Below are positions 10,936 through 22,130 of a stretch of 64,000 nucleotides of DNA, one piece after another. Numbering within the stretch: position 1 is the first letter of the stretch; every line of letters starts with the position of its first letter. The translations under genes were made by a program, and so were the position numbers. The DNA is from Felis catus (Eukaryota): contig NC_058368.1 of assembly GCF_018350175.1 (NCBI RefSeq), forward strand, positions 1,178,001 through 1,242,000, written 5' to 3'. Under the pieces are notes generated by a model. It was not told the origin of the DNA. It saw only the letters and a program-made list of their open reading frames with translations, and made no database searches.

Positions 10936-12561
10936 ATAGGTAAAACCTAAACTAAAAAAAGAAGTTAGGTACGAGAATAAGTATTTCTTTAGAAATGGAT
11001 TCAATGAGGAGTGCCTTTGGAATGCCCTCCAGCACTCCATGCGCGAGGGAGGGAAGCGTGCTGGCAGTTGAGTGGAAAGAGAATTGGAGGCTGAGCCAAC
11101 TGTGGTTAAGCACTTTTGTGAATTTTACAAAACATCTGACTATGTAAACAGATTGCCACTTCCTCTTAGAAGGCCTTGGAGGGAACCCAGGCATGGGAGA
11201 GGCCTGAGGTGCATGCTTGATTAGAGCTGCAGGGCAAATCCTTCTCGTAGAGGGTGGGAGGAAGTGTGGTGGGAGGTGGTGGTTAGGAGGTTGTTCTGAC
11301 CCTGTCAGTCCCTTGGGGTCCCATAGAGACCGACAATTACAATGTATTATTTTGGGGGGGGGCATAGAAAATTCTCAAGTATATATGAGAATATATTCAA
11401 GGACACAGGTTTTCTAGACAAAGCAAATATAAGCAGGAGATTTGCAATGTTAGAAGTTCTGTGACAATGTGGATATGCAACACTTCTTTTCTCAACGGGC
11501 CCTGAGCCTCGTGGTTGGCTTGCTTAAGAACTGTGGGTGAGGTTCACCTCTGTTAACCCGCCTACTTCTCAGGAAAAGGGAAAAATCATAATTGGGTACC
11601 GTAATTCATTATAATTATATATAAAAATATATAGCTAGTTAATTGTAATGGTTATTAATAATAATGACTTGATGGCCCCGGAAGTTTGAAGAGGTACCTG
11701 GGGTCTCCTGTAACAGATGTCACAACATCCGTGCATTAAAATCACACTCTTTCTCACAGGATGCTCCCTCTTGGCCACTGAATTTTATATCACAAATATG
11801 TATCCTAGTATCTGCCCTTTATATCTGATGTCACAAGTACTTAGTTTATTATAAAACTGTAGAAAAGGGAAGCCAAATTCATCTGTAATCCCAGAAACAA
11901 TCACTGTTATTTCCTTCTAGTCTTTCTTTAAGACGTACAATTTATAAACATTGCCGTTTCATTCAGACTTACTTGGATTTGTCCTACAAGCTCACAAGCT
12001 GAGGCAGGGCCTTCTGGAAAGGCACTCCTTCTCAGCAGACAGCCTCAGGGCTGGACGCTAGACCGGGCTCCCCAAGGGAGGGGGACTCCGAGCTGATGGG
12101 TAGTGCAGTTGTAGAGCTTGGCATTGGTCACTGAAGTGTGGACATTTCACCAGAAAGCGAGGCTGATGCTTGATAGAGCATCAAACTACAAAGCCCACGA
12201 GGCCTGGTGGCCCAGAGTGCCGCAGCAAAAAAAAAAGGGAGGCCCAGTTCCCTTTGGGGCCGTTGCCGCCCGGACACGGTCTTTCTCTCTTGCAAGGGAA
12301 GGGTGAACCCAAAGCTGGAAGGCTAGGGCAGGGACCATTCCAATGGAGTGAGTGGGACACAGGCACTCTCCTTGTGTCCCAGGATTTGAAATTTTAATAC
12401 TGGCTTCTAATCCAGAATGGCCACAGCAAGCCCCCTGAGGATGGGTGTAGCCCGTGAGCCTTCAGTTTGTGATCTCTGTTTTTTTTTTTTAAGTAAACTT
12501 TTTATTGAAGTGTGATATGGATGCACAAATCTAATAAAGTCATTAGAAACTTTAAAAAAGT

Positions 12562-12592
<31 letters not shown>

Positions 12593-12627
12593 GTATGTAT
12601 ATATATATGTATATATATATATATATA
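12562..12627. repeat. (TA)n microsatellite
   Basis: Imperfect TA dinucleotide run. Confidence 0.95.
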
Positions 12628-12650
12628 GTGTTTGGGTTTTTCTGTTTTTT

Positions 12651-12864
12651 TAAAAGTTTTTTTAATGTTTATTTCTGAGACAGAGACAGAGCATGAGTGG
12701 GGGAGGGGCAGAGAGCGAGAGAGAGGGAGACACAGAATCCGAAGCAGGCTCCAGGCTCTGAGCTGTCAGCACAGAGCCTGATGTAGGGCTTGAACTCACA
12801 AACTGCAAGATCATGACCCGAGCCTAAGTCAGATGCTTAACTGACTGAGCCACCCAGGCACCCC
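12651..12864 (-). mobile_element. SINEC_Fc-like
   Basis: TSD GGGTTTTTCTGTTTTT at 12634 and 12866. Confidence 0.95.
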
Positions 12865-12926
12865 AGGGTTTTTCTGTTTTTAAATGTGACCTCAAAATAG
12901 ATTTCTCTTAGAAATTTTCAGAAATG

Positions 12927-13498
12927 CCCTACAACCCAGAAATTGCACTACTAGGTATTTATCCAAGGGATACAGGTGTGCTGTTTCGAAGGGGCACATG
13001 CACCCCATGTTTATAGCAGCTCTATCAACAGCCAAAGTATGGAAAGAGCCCAAAGGTCCATTGATGGATGAATGGAGAAAGAAGATGTGGTGTATATATT
13101 ACCAATGGAGTATTACTCGACAATCAAAAAGAATGAAGTCTTGCCATTTGCAGCTACGTGGGTGGAACTGGAGGGTATGATGCTAAGCGAAATTAGTCAG
13201 AGAAAGACAAATATCATATGACCTCACTCATATGAGGACTTTAAGACACAGAACAGGTGGACACGAGGGAAAGGAAGCAAAAATAACATAAAAACAGGGA
13301 GGGGGACAAAACAGAAGAGACTCTTAAATACGGAGAACAAACAGAGGGTTACTGGAGGGGGTGTGGCAGGGGGATGGGCTAAACGGGTGAGGGGCATTAA
13401 GGAATCTACTCCTGAAATCACTGTTGCACTATATGCTAACTTGGATGTAAATTAAAAAAAAAAATAAAATAAATAAAAAAATAATTAAAAAAAAAAAA
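12927..13498 (+). mobile_element. 5'-truncated felid L1 3' end
   Basis: ORF2 C-terminal remnant (PMFIAALS...KVWKEPK), 3' UTR and poly(A); flanked by AGAAATTTTCA. Confidence 0.93.
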
Positions 13499-13516
13499 AG
13501 AAATTTTCAAAAACGA

Positions 13517-13707
13517 GGGCGCCTGGGTGGCTCAGTCGGTTAAGCGCCCGACTTCGGCTCAGGTCAAGATCTCACGGTTCCTGGGTTTGAGCCCTGGTTG
13601 GGGCCTGTGCCGACAGCTCAGAGCCTGGAGCCTGTCTCTCTCTCTCCACCCTACCCCACTGTTCTCTGTCTCTCTATGTCTCTCAAAAATAAATAAATGT
13701 AAAAAAA
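13517..13707 (+). mobile_element. SINEC
   Basis: GGGCGCCTGGGTGGCTCAG head and A-tail. Confidence 0.92.
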
Positions 13708-13716
13708 GGTTTTTTT

Positions 13717-13929
13717 AAATTTTTTTTTAACGTTTATTTATTTTTGAGACAGGGAGAGACAGAGCATGAACAGGGGAGGGTCAGAGAGAGGGAGACACAG
13801 AATATGAAGCAGGCTCCAGGCTCTGAGCTGTCAGCACAGAGCCCGACGCAGGGCTCGGACCCACGGACCTCGAGATCGTGACCTGAGCTGAAGTCGGACG
13901 CCTAACCGACTGAGCCACCCAGGCGCCCC
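13717..13929 (-). mobile_element. SINEC_Fc inserted tail-to-tail into the preceding SINE
   Basis: TSD AAAAAAAG(G)TTTTTTT at 13701-13716 and 13930-13945. Confidence 0.92.
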
Positions 13930-14139
13930 AAAAAAAGTTTTTTTTAAGAAGTTTTCAGAAATGAAAATAGCCTTTTGAAAACTACGAAAGCAACATAAAC
14001 TCAGAAAAATTAGAAAATAGAGACAAATATAAAGAAGTCACCTTTAAGTCACAGACACCCGAAGGATGTTAGAATGTAAAAAACCAGATAAAAAAGGTCA
14101 GGGCTTTGGGGTCAGTAAAGCAGCCCCGTGTTTGGTTTG

Positions 14140-15030
14140 AAGCGTCCGGAATCCTGTGTCCGGGGTCTGTGTGACACGGCTGACGGCGGGGCCGGAGGCT
14201 GAGTCGGGGTCCCGTGGGCCGAGTAGGAACGTCGCCCTCACAGGTGTCCCCTGACCAGGCGGCGGGGCCTGCCGGTCTGTCGCCGGGGCTGATGCGGGGG
14301 GTCGAGGGAGGCGGTGCCAGCGGCGGCGAAGGCACCTGTGTGCGGAGCACGCGCAGCAGGCCGGGCAGAGCGGCCCCAACCCAGCAGGTGGCAGGCGACT
14401 TTCCGCCCCGGGTGAAGTGGGAAGCGGCGTCCCCTCTGGACGGCTGTGCTTGTTACAAAGACCCTCCTCGCTCCCTCGAGTCTCCTCCCATTTGGGGTCA
14501 AACGGGTGAGTGTCACCTTCCACGCCAGAACCTCCGACACGAGCGCACACAGGATGGCGATCATCTTTCCTCTGCAGCCTGACTTCTCAGCTCCTTCACC
14601 AGTTTCCTCTATGGTTTCCAGGCCTCTCTAGAGTAGCTCTACACTGGCATCGCCCCGGCCGAATGTCCCCCACTGACCCTCACGGCCATCTCGGGAGGTC
14701 CCGCCGGAACCGAGGAGAGGTGGGAGGCCTCGGGGGCTGTCGCTGATCGCGCCAGGCCCGTCGCACTGCTGGCTCCCGGGAGCTGTGTTCCAGCTGCTCA
14801 CACGGGCTCCTGCCCGGAGTCTCTCTTACGCAGCTGGATTCGGGAGCCAAGACCAGCTCGTACCTCGATCTCTTCGCAGACTCACGTAGTTGGACGCAGC
14901 CCGAGGGGCCAGGACGGCCAGGTATCGGGGAACTCTGAGCACCCCGTTCATAGCCAGTCCCTTCCATCTCGTTGCCTATCTATTCCATAAACTCTCTCTG
15001 CACCTTCATCCGCTTCCGGGTACAGACGGT
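14140..15030. promoter_or_regulatory. Orphan CpG island with CTCF-like motif
   Basis: GC/CpG-rich non-repeat stretch containing CCAGCAGGTGGCAG at 14381-14394. Confidence 0.55.
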
Positions 15031-15110
15031 GAGGGAAGATGGGGGCTGGGCACGCAGCACTGAAGGTAGGCCGTGAAAAGTGCCAGTCTCATCCCAAACG
15101 CTGCCTCCTC

Positions 15111-15587
15111 TGTGGTGGGCTGATGGTGCTCCATGGGTCCACACCCCCGTCCCCAGGGCTCGAGACTATTACCTTAAAAGGAAAAAGGGACTTGGCAGAG
15201 GTGACCACATTAAGGGTCTTGAGATGGGGGGATGATCGTGGGTTACCAGGCTGTGCCCTCCGTGTAATTACCTTGTAAGGTTGAGGGGACACAGGGAGAT
15301 TTGGCAATCGCTGAGGTGAATGCAGGTGACGTGCCCATGGAAGCAGATACTGACTGCAGTGACAGAGCCAGGAGCCGGGGATGCCACAGCCTGGAGAAGC
15401 GGAAGAGATGAGTGGCGGGTTCTCCCGGAACCTTCTGGAAGGGACCGGCCTCGCCAACAGCTTGGCTTTGTCCCAGTGAAACTGATCTCAGACCTCTGTC
15501 CTCCAGAACCGTGTGAGGATAAACCTGTACTGTTTTAAGCCACCGAGTTTGTGGTAACGTGTCACAGCAGCCGCAGGAGACGAATCC
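15111..15587 (+). mobile_element. MaLR LTR (MLT1B/C-like)
   Basis: TGTGGTGGGCTGA...GGAAAAAGGGACTTGGCAG...TGTTTTAAGCCACCGAGTTTGTGGTAAC. Confidence 0.85.
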
Positions 15588-16112
15588 ACCCACTCTGGCT
15601 CTTCAGGGATGGTCCCCCCCCATCCCCCCCCCCCCCAGGCACGCGGGGGTGCGCGGTCCCGGTCTCTGACTAGTCCACCAGCGCATCATGGGGCAGCTGG
15701 TCCCAAACTGGCTGAAATTCAAGCGCAGTCTTACTTTTCGCTTCTGCCTTTTTCACACTTGATGAAGAACCACGATCCTTCCGTGGCCACGATTGCTTCC
15801 TCAGCTTGGGATTCCCTGTCGCCTCACCTCTCAGGCCTTAGCCATACGAGAACTATTTCCAATTAAATATAGAGATGATAGAATCAATCAAACTTAAGAT
15901 CTAGTGTTTTGGAGTTAATTTCAGGTTTACATTCATTGAGTATATATAAGTGTATGTATGTGTGTGTGTATATATATATGTACACGTTTTCTTTTAAATC
16001 AACTTTGTAGGCATATAAGTAATACACAATGAAATTAATCTGTTTTAAGGGTGCAGTTTAATGAATTTTGAAAAATGTGTGTATCGGTGTAACCACCACC
16101 ACAGTTAAGATG

Positions 16113-16330
16113 GAGCAACTGGGTGACTCAATCAGTTGAGCATCCAGCTCTTAATGTCCGCTCAGGTCATGATCCCAGGGCCGTGGGATCGAGCCCTGTG
16201 TCAGGCTCCGTGCTAAGCCTGCTTAAGATTCTCTTTCTCTCCCTCTGCCCCTCTCCCCCTCTCACACTCTCTCTAAAATTAAAATAAAATAAAATAAAAT
16301 AAAATAAAATAAAATAAAATAAAATAAAAC
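16113..16330 (+). mobile_element. SINEC with (TAAAA)n tail
   Basis: SINE body with a pentanucleotide tail at 16280-16328; sits next to a minus-strand old L1 3' end at ~15990-16110. Confidence 0.85.
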
Positions 16331-16605
16331 AAACAAACCCAATCACACACAGACCCATTCTCACTTCTTTAGTTTGTATAGTGCTGGACATTCTTATACA
16401 CTTCATAATTAGTAATTGAATACAGGCCTTCGGATTTCTTTTACAGAGCATCAGCTCTCCCAGACTTCAAAGGTGGGGGTGGGAGGGGGTGAAGGGGTTG
16501 CCTCCTGAAGACAGGGCGGCTCTGAAAGTTAAACTTGAGTGAACATCGTAAGAGAAACCTCCATACTTGTGCTTGGATCTATGATATTAGTGTTGGATTT
16601 TTCTT

Positions 16606-16626
16606 TCTTTCTTTTTCTTTTTTAGT

Positions 16627-16661
<35 letters not shown>

Positions 16662-16815
16662 TAGGGAGAATGTAAGTGGGGGAGGGACAGAGAATCCCAA
16701 GAAGACTTGGGACTGACAGTGTGAGCCGGATACCGGCTCCGTCTCCCCGTGAGGTCATGACCGGAGCTGAAATCAAGAGTCAGACGCTTAACCCACTGAG
16801 CCACCCAGGTGCCCC
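16606..16815 (-). mobile_element. SINEC
   Basis: 17-bp TSD AGTGTTGGATTTTTCTT at 16589 and 16816; (TTTA)n tail. Confidence 0.92.
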
Positions 16816-18529
16816 AGTGTTGGATTTTTCTTAAGACAAGAAACAAAAATTCTTCCTTTCCAGACCCACTGCCTTTTCTCTGAACATTGTCTTGATTCCC
16901 GGCACATACCCTCATCCCCCACCTAGGGGGAGATGCCCTAGGGGAGAGATGTTTTCGTAGCACCTTTGAGCAAGAGATACGGAAGCTCACCCCACGCTGG
17001 CGACTGCCGACTGCCGGCAGCTTCTATCAGCCGTGGGTGGCACGCGAATAGATTTGGTCGTGTACCTCCTCGTGTTTTGTGTGGCTTGGCCCTGAATATT
17101 TTAAGAACAAACCCGGAAGTGCAACGAGGAAGAACAGGCCCACACATACACACTCACACACTGATACACAAACACACACACACTTGCGATAAATGCTAAA
17201 ATAGAGGTGGGGATAATGTACTTTCCGAATGTCTTTTGAGGATCTTGGAAATAAGATTGTTCATTCAGGGATGCTTTTAAGACCATTCTTTATTCTGTCA
17301 CAGGGGACCTTGTCCAGGTAATCAGCACCCCCATTTGTCTCCCTGCAGACACCATAAGCTAGGGATGATCTCACGAGATGCAGGGCCCTGAGCCTCTGGG
17401 CTCTGTGTGCCCTCAATTCTGCCATGTTAGGTGGCCTTTGTTTCCTGTCTACCGTCGTCCTGAGTGCTCGCTTCCTCCTGTCCACGTGGGCTGTGGCAGG
17501 CAGTGTGAGTTTCCTTAAGGTGTACTATAAGAATGTATATGCTTCTTCTGAGCTCGTGCAAGACATGGCTGACTTTTGAGGATTATTTTTTCCCATTTAT
17601 TTTGTTTTAAACTTTCAGGGGAAATCAGAAAGAAGGGCACCTCTTGTATTCCACAAAAAAGCATTTGGTTCCATAGTTGGGGCCTCCAACCCAGTGGAGG
17701 CCCTCTGAGCCTGTCCATCATGACCGGGGAGGGGGTGGTGGGGCGTATTGTGCTGGGGCGTATTGTAGGCAATACAACTTACAGTTCTGCGGGGAGGCAG
17801 AAAACGTCCAAGTTCGTGTCTGGATACATCACACACACACATGAATGCTGCACGTGGACAGATGAGTACCAACTTTCCTGGGCAAAGTGGGGCCTATAGC
17901 CTGTTCATTGAGGGACTCACTAGACCTATTAGAACTGAGAGGAGGTTCTCGCAGAAGGTGTAAGTTTTGATCCAAGGGCCTGGATGTGTTTGGCTCCCGT
18001 GGTGTGTGGTGAGGTAAGCATTCATATCGGTTTGTTCAATACCTAGCACGTATTTGCTGAGACCTTATCCAATAAAAACGATAAATCATTAAAAAAATAA
18101 AGTCTTTTGTTCTTCCCACTAAAAAGGCAATGAAAACTCATCAAATGGCTCAAAGAAGGTTCCAAATTAGGGGCAATTGTAGTGTTCTGGGGTATGCTCA
18201 GAGCTTGCCAAGTTGACTTCTTTCTACAACCAGCACTCAACCGGATGGCTGTCCTTCCTTTTCCCTCCCTTGGTCTCTTTTGTTTCCATAAGGAATAATT
18301 TTAGCTGAATAGTGACAACAAGAAAAGGGTGAGAAGTGGTGATGTAAAAAAGAAAAAGGGGAGACTTCTGGAATAAAGAAATGTTCTGTTTCTTGCTCTG
18401 CATGTTGCTTACCTACGTGTGTTCAAATGCATGTGTTTTATTGTATACCTAGGTGTTGCGTCCTGTACGTGTCTATTTTAGTTCCATTTAAAATGATTTT
18501 TAGCTTTTGAAAAAATATATCTAAAGTTC

Positions 18530-18840
18530 TAATTATGGCAAAATGCACATAACATAAAATTTACCGTCTTAACTTACCACTCAGTGGTACTAAGTGTATT
18601 CGAACTGCTGTGCAGGTATCCCCACCATCCATCTCCGGACATTTGTCATCTTTCCAACTGCGCTGTCCCCAGTTCTCCCTCCCCATCACAGTGCAATCAG
18701 TGCAATCACTCAGTATTTGTCTTTCTGTGACTGGCTTATTCCCTTAGCAAAACGTCCTCAAGGTTCACCCATGCTGGAGCCTGTGCCCGGATTTCTTCCC
18801 TTTTTAGGGCTGAATAGTATTCCACGGTATGTGTAACACC
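18530..18840 (-). mobile_element. Old L1 (L1MB-like) 3' fragment
   Basis: CATAACATAAAATTTACC...CAGTATTTGTCTTTCTGTGACTGGCTTATT. Confidence 0.7.
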
Positions 18841-18999
18841 GTTCTGTTTTAAAATAAAGGCAGAAGGTGAAAGTGTGCAGGCCCCAGAACACTGTGGCGG
18901 GGTGACTTTTATTTATTCTCGCTGAGGCCGATTAAGTGTTGTCATGGGTCAGGAACGATGCACGTGGTCCGTTCTCACTTCCGCCGCACAAATCTATTT

Positions 19000-19780
19000 C
19001 CATTTTTCGGAGGCGAACACCCGTCAACAACGTCAGAGGCTGACCAGCGTCCCTGAAGTCACGTGGCTGGAAAGGAGCGGTGTGGAAGCCGACCCCGGTC
19101 CTGGGGCCCGGGACGGGCCCTCTTACAGGAGACGGAGGCTGCCTGCTAATTAAGGTACCATGTGCTTTATAAAGCGTCACCGAGGCCCGCAGCTGACGGG
19201 CGCAGTGTCCCATTCCTGTCCCCCAGGCCTGGCGGCAGCCAAGTCCACACGGCGTGTCTGCGGGAAAGCCCGCCCGCACCGGCGAGGGGACAAAGGCTGC
19301 CCCTGGTTGTCGCCCTCTTGGAATCCCCGGGGCACCATCCCTCCCGCCTTCCTGCCTCCTCTCCTCGCAGGGGTGCCACCGGGTGGGGTCCCGGGGTGGG
19401 CGGTAGGCCCGCCCCTTCCCCCTAGGGTCGCCCCGCGGGGGCCCCAGCACCAGAGGGCAGAGCCTTCTTTCCAGAACCTGCGTCCAGAACAGGCTTTAGC
19501 GCCTACGGCCTGGAAGGGGGGGGGGGGGGGGGGGGGGGGAGGAAGGAGGGAGACTTTTCACCAGTTCGTGTTGGGGGGGGTTGACTTTTGAATGTCGTGT
19601 TACTTTAGAGCCTCGAAAGCAGCCAGGCCCCTCCCGGTTTTGGTTACACCGCGTCCCTGGAGATCATGCCCAGAGTGGATTCATAAAGCGGGAGCCGTGT
19701 AAATGGGCGTTGCATCTCGGGTAAGGACAGGGTCGGACACATTGCAGGTATTGCCGGAGGCCATGAAAGCAGACGGCAAG
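19000..19780. promoter_or_regulatory. CpG island just downstream of the GJA3 3' end, with a G24 run
   Basis: CpG-rich, multiple G-tracts, and a G24 run at 19516-19539. Confidence 0.5.
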
Positions 19781-20130
19781 CACACGGTTACTTAAATACA
19801 GAAAAGTCTCCCCAAGAAGGATAAACTCCAGGCTTGCTAAAGTGACCTCTCCGCTCTTGAACCCCATTACAGCCTAGCAGGACCGTGCACGAAGGAAGAG
19901 TGGAGGGGATAGAGTCAGCATGCACATTATTTCTTCTGCAGAACACATAGCAAGAGGCGGTAGCAAAGCTACAAGAACCCTTGGAAGGCGCTACTTTAAG
20001 TTCCTAAGTACCTGTGAGGCCTGAACAGCCACTGCAGAAATTTCTCAAGCTTCTTTTGTACAAAGAGGTTTTTGCTCCTTGTTCTATGTAGATGAAAATT
20101 TTTACTTTGAAAACCTGCTCAAGGATTCTA

Positions 20131-20186
20131 TCAATAAAAACAATTAACCAGGAGCTGGTGATTTAAATTTATGGCCACTTTTTATT
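20131..20186 (-). terminator. Probable GJA3 polyadenylation signal with downstream GU/U-rich element
   Basis: Minus-strand AATAAA at 20186-20181, followed ~30 nt later by TGGTTAATTGTTTTTATTGA (20150-20131). Proximal AATAAA alternatives lie at 23594-23589 and 23817-23812. Confidence 0.6.
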
Positions 20187-20550
20187 TCTTAGCTTATAAA
20201 ATGCCTATTTTCAGTTACAATTTAGGCTACGAAAGATACTATTATAACACAAAAAATAAAATTTTAGTAAGAGTTTTGTAAATATTATGATCTAAATTAC
20301 ATTTACATACCAAACATCTTCCAATATCATACTAGAAACAGTGCACTGCTCTTAGAGTTATTTAAATTCCTCACTGACCATAAAAAGTCTTGCTAAGGCA
20401 TTCTATAATGCAAAGAGAAGAAAAATATTTTGAGGAATGAGAAATCTTAGAGCTTTGCAGTGCAATAATATAAAATTAGAGTGAGAAATAACATTTTCGG
20501 ACTTTAATGAACAACGTCTACGTGTTATCCTGTATTTAAAAGTGATTTAG

Positions 20551-20657
20551 AGGGCTCCTGGCTGGCTCAGGTGGGAGAGCATGTGACTCTTGATCTTTGG
20601 GACATGGGTTCGAGCCCCATGTTGGATGTAGAGATTGAATAAATAAACTTAAAAAAA
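20551..20657 (+). mobile_element. Short carnivore SINE within the putative GJA3 3' UTR
   Basis: GGGCTCCTGGCTGGCTCAG...GGTTCGAGCCCC...GTAGAGATT plus A-tail; degenerate TSD TAAAAGTGATTTAGA / TAAAGGTTATTAAGA. Confidence 0.85.
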
Positions 20658-21338
20658 CATAAAGGTTATTAAGAGAATATCCTGGATTCCATGGAAGTGG
20701 GGGTGGGGAGGAGGCAGTAATCTCCTGATCTTTACAAAAACACACTTTGAAATCATGCACCACTTGGTATAAGAATTTGTTTGGTGGAGATCCACAAATC
20801 CATGTTACAAATATCAGAAGAAAAAGTTCACAAGAAAAAGAAATTCAGAAAAAGGATTCTTCTGAAAAAAAGGAATTATAGTGTTAATAGGAAAAAACTG
20901 AAAAGAGACTAAATCTCATGAAGTTAATTTTTTTAAAGGATGCGTGAATTGTATTCATAGTTCTAATTCTAGATGTTCTTGCATAAGAAATCCACCACCT
21001 AGTCACTTACTTAACAATCAAGGAAAGCCAGGATGGATCAGAGATATTCTGGCTTGCTCTTTCCCCCTATTTTCTTTTTAAACTTAAGGTATCTTTTTTG
21101 TTAATCTCATGGGAAAATAATAATTCAGTCAAATGAAGTTTAAAGAGGAGAAAGTGAATGATTATATAGAAGAAATGTTTTAGAATTTTAATACATGGAT
21201 CTGGGAATGGATTAGTAATGATGGACATTTTAGAATTATCACACATTATGTAGCGTCAACCGGACAACTGAGCTTCTGCAAACACAGATGCAAAAAGTAA
21301 TTGTCTTGTATGCTGCAGATTAAAAGATAACATGTGTT

Positions 21339-21556
21339 GTGGGCGCCTGGTGGTTCAGTCGGTTGAGCTTCTGACTTTAGCTCATGTCATGAGCTCACGG
21401 TCTGTGAGTTCGAGCCCCACGTTGGGCTCTGTGCTAATGGCTCAGAGCCTGGAGCCTGCTTCAGATTCTGTGTCTCCCTCTCTCTCTGACCCTCCCCCGC
21501 TCATGCTCTCTCTCTGTCCCCAAAATAAATAAACATTAAAAAAAATTTAAAAAAAA
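21339..21556 (+). mobile_element. SINEC_Fc within the putative GJA3 3' UTR
   Basis: Full SINE head, (CT)n and A-tail. Confidence 0.93.
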
Positions 21557-21560
21557 TGTG

Positions 21561-22130
21561 TGCACTACTAGGTAATTATCCAAAGGATACAGGTGTGCTG
21601 TCTCAAAGGGACACACGCACCCCAATGTTTATAGCAGCACTATCGACAATAGCCAAAGTATGGAAAGAGCCCAAATGTCCATCGATGGATGAATGGATAA
21701 AGAAAATGTGGTATATATACACAATGGAATACTACTCGGCAATCAAAAAGAATGAAATCTTGCCATTTGAAACTACGTGGATGGAACTAGAGGGTATTAT
21801 GCTAAGCGAAATTAGAGAAAGTCACATATCATATGACTTCCCTCATATGAGGAATTTAAGATACAAAACAAATGAACAGAAGGGAAGGGAAGCAAAAATA
21901 ATATAAAAACAGGGAGGGGGACAAAACATAAGAGACTCTTAAATATAGAGACCAAAAAGAGGGTTGCTGGAGGGCGTGTGGGAGGGGGGACGGGCTACGT
22001 GGGGGAGGGGCATTAAGGAAGACACTTGTTGGGATGAGCACTGGGTGTTATAGTAGGGGATGAATCACTGGATTCTACTCCTGAAATCATTATTGCCCTA
22101 TATTCTAACTTGGATGTAAATTAAAAAACA
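21561..22130 (+). mobile_element. 5'-truncated felid L1 3' end within the putative GJA3 3' UTR
   Basis: ORF2 C-terminus (TPMFIAALSTIAKVWKEPKCPSMDEWIKKMWYIYTMEYYSAIKKNEI), 3' UTR and A-tail. Confidence 0.93.
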
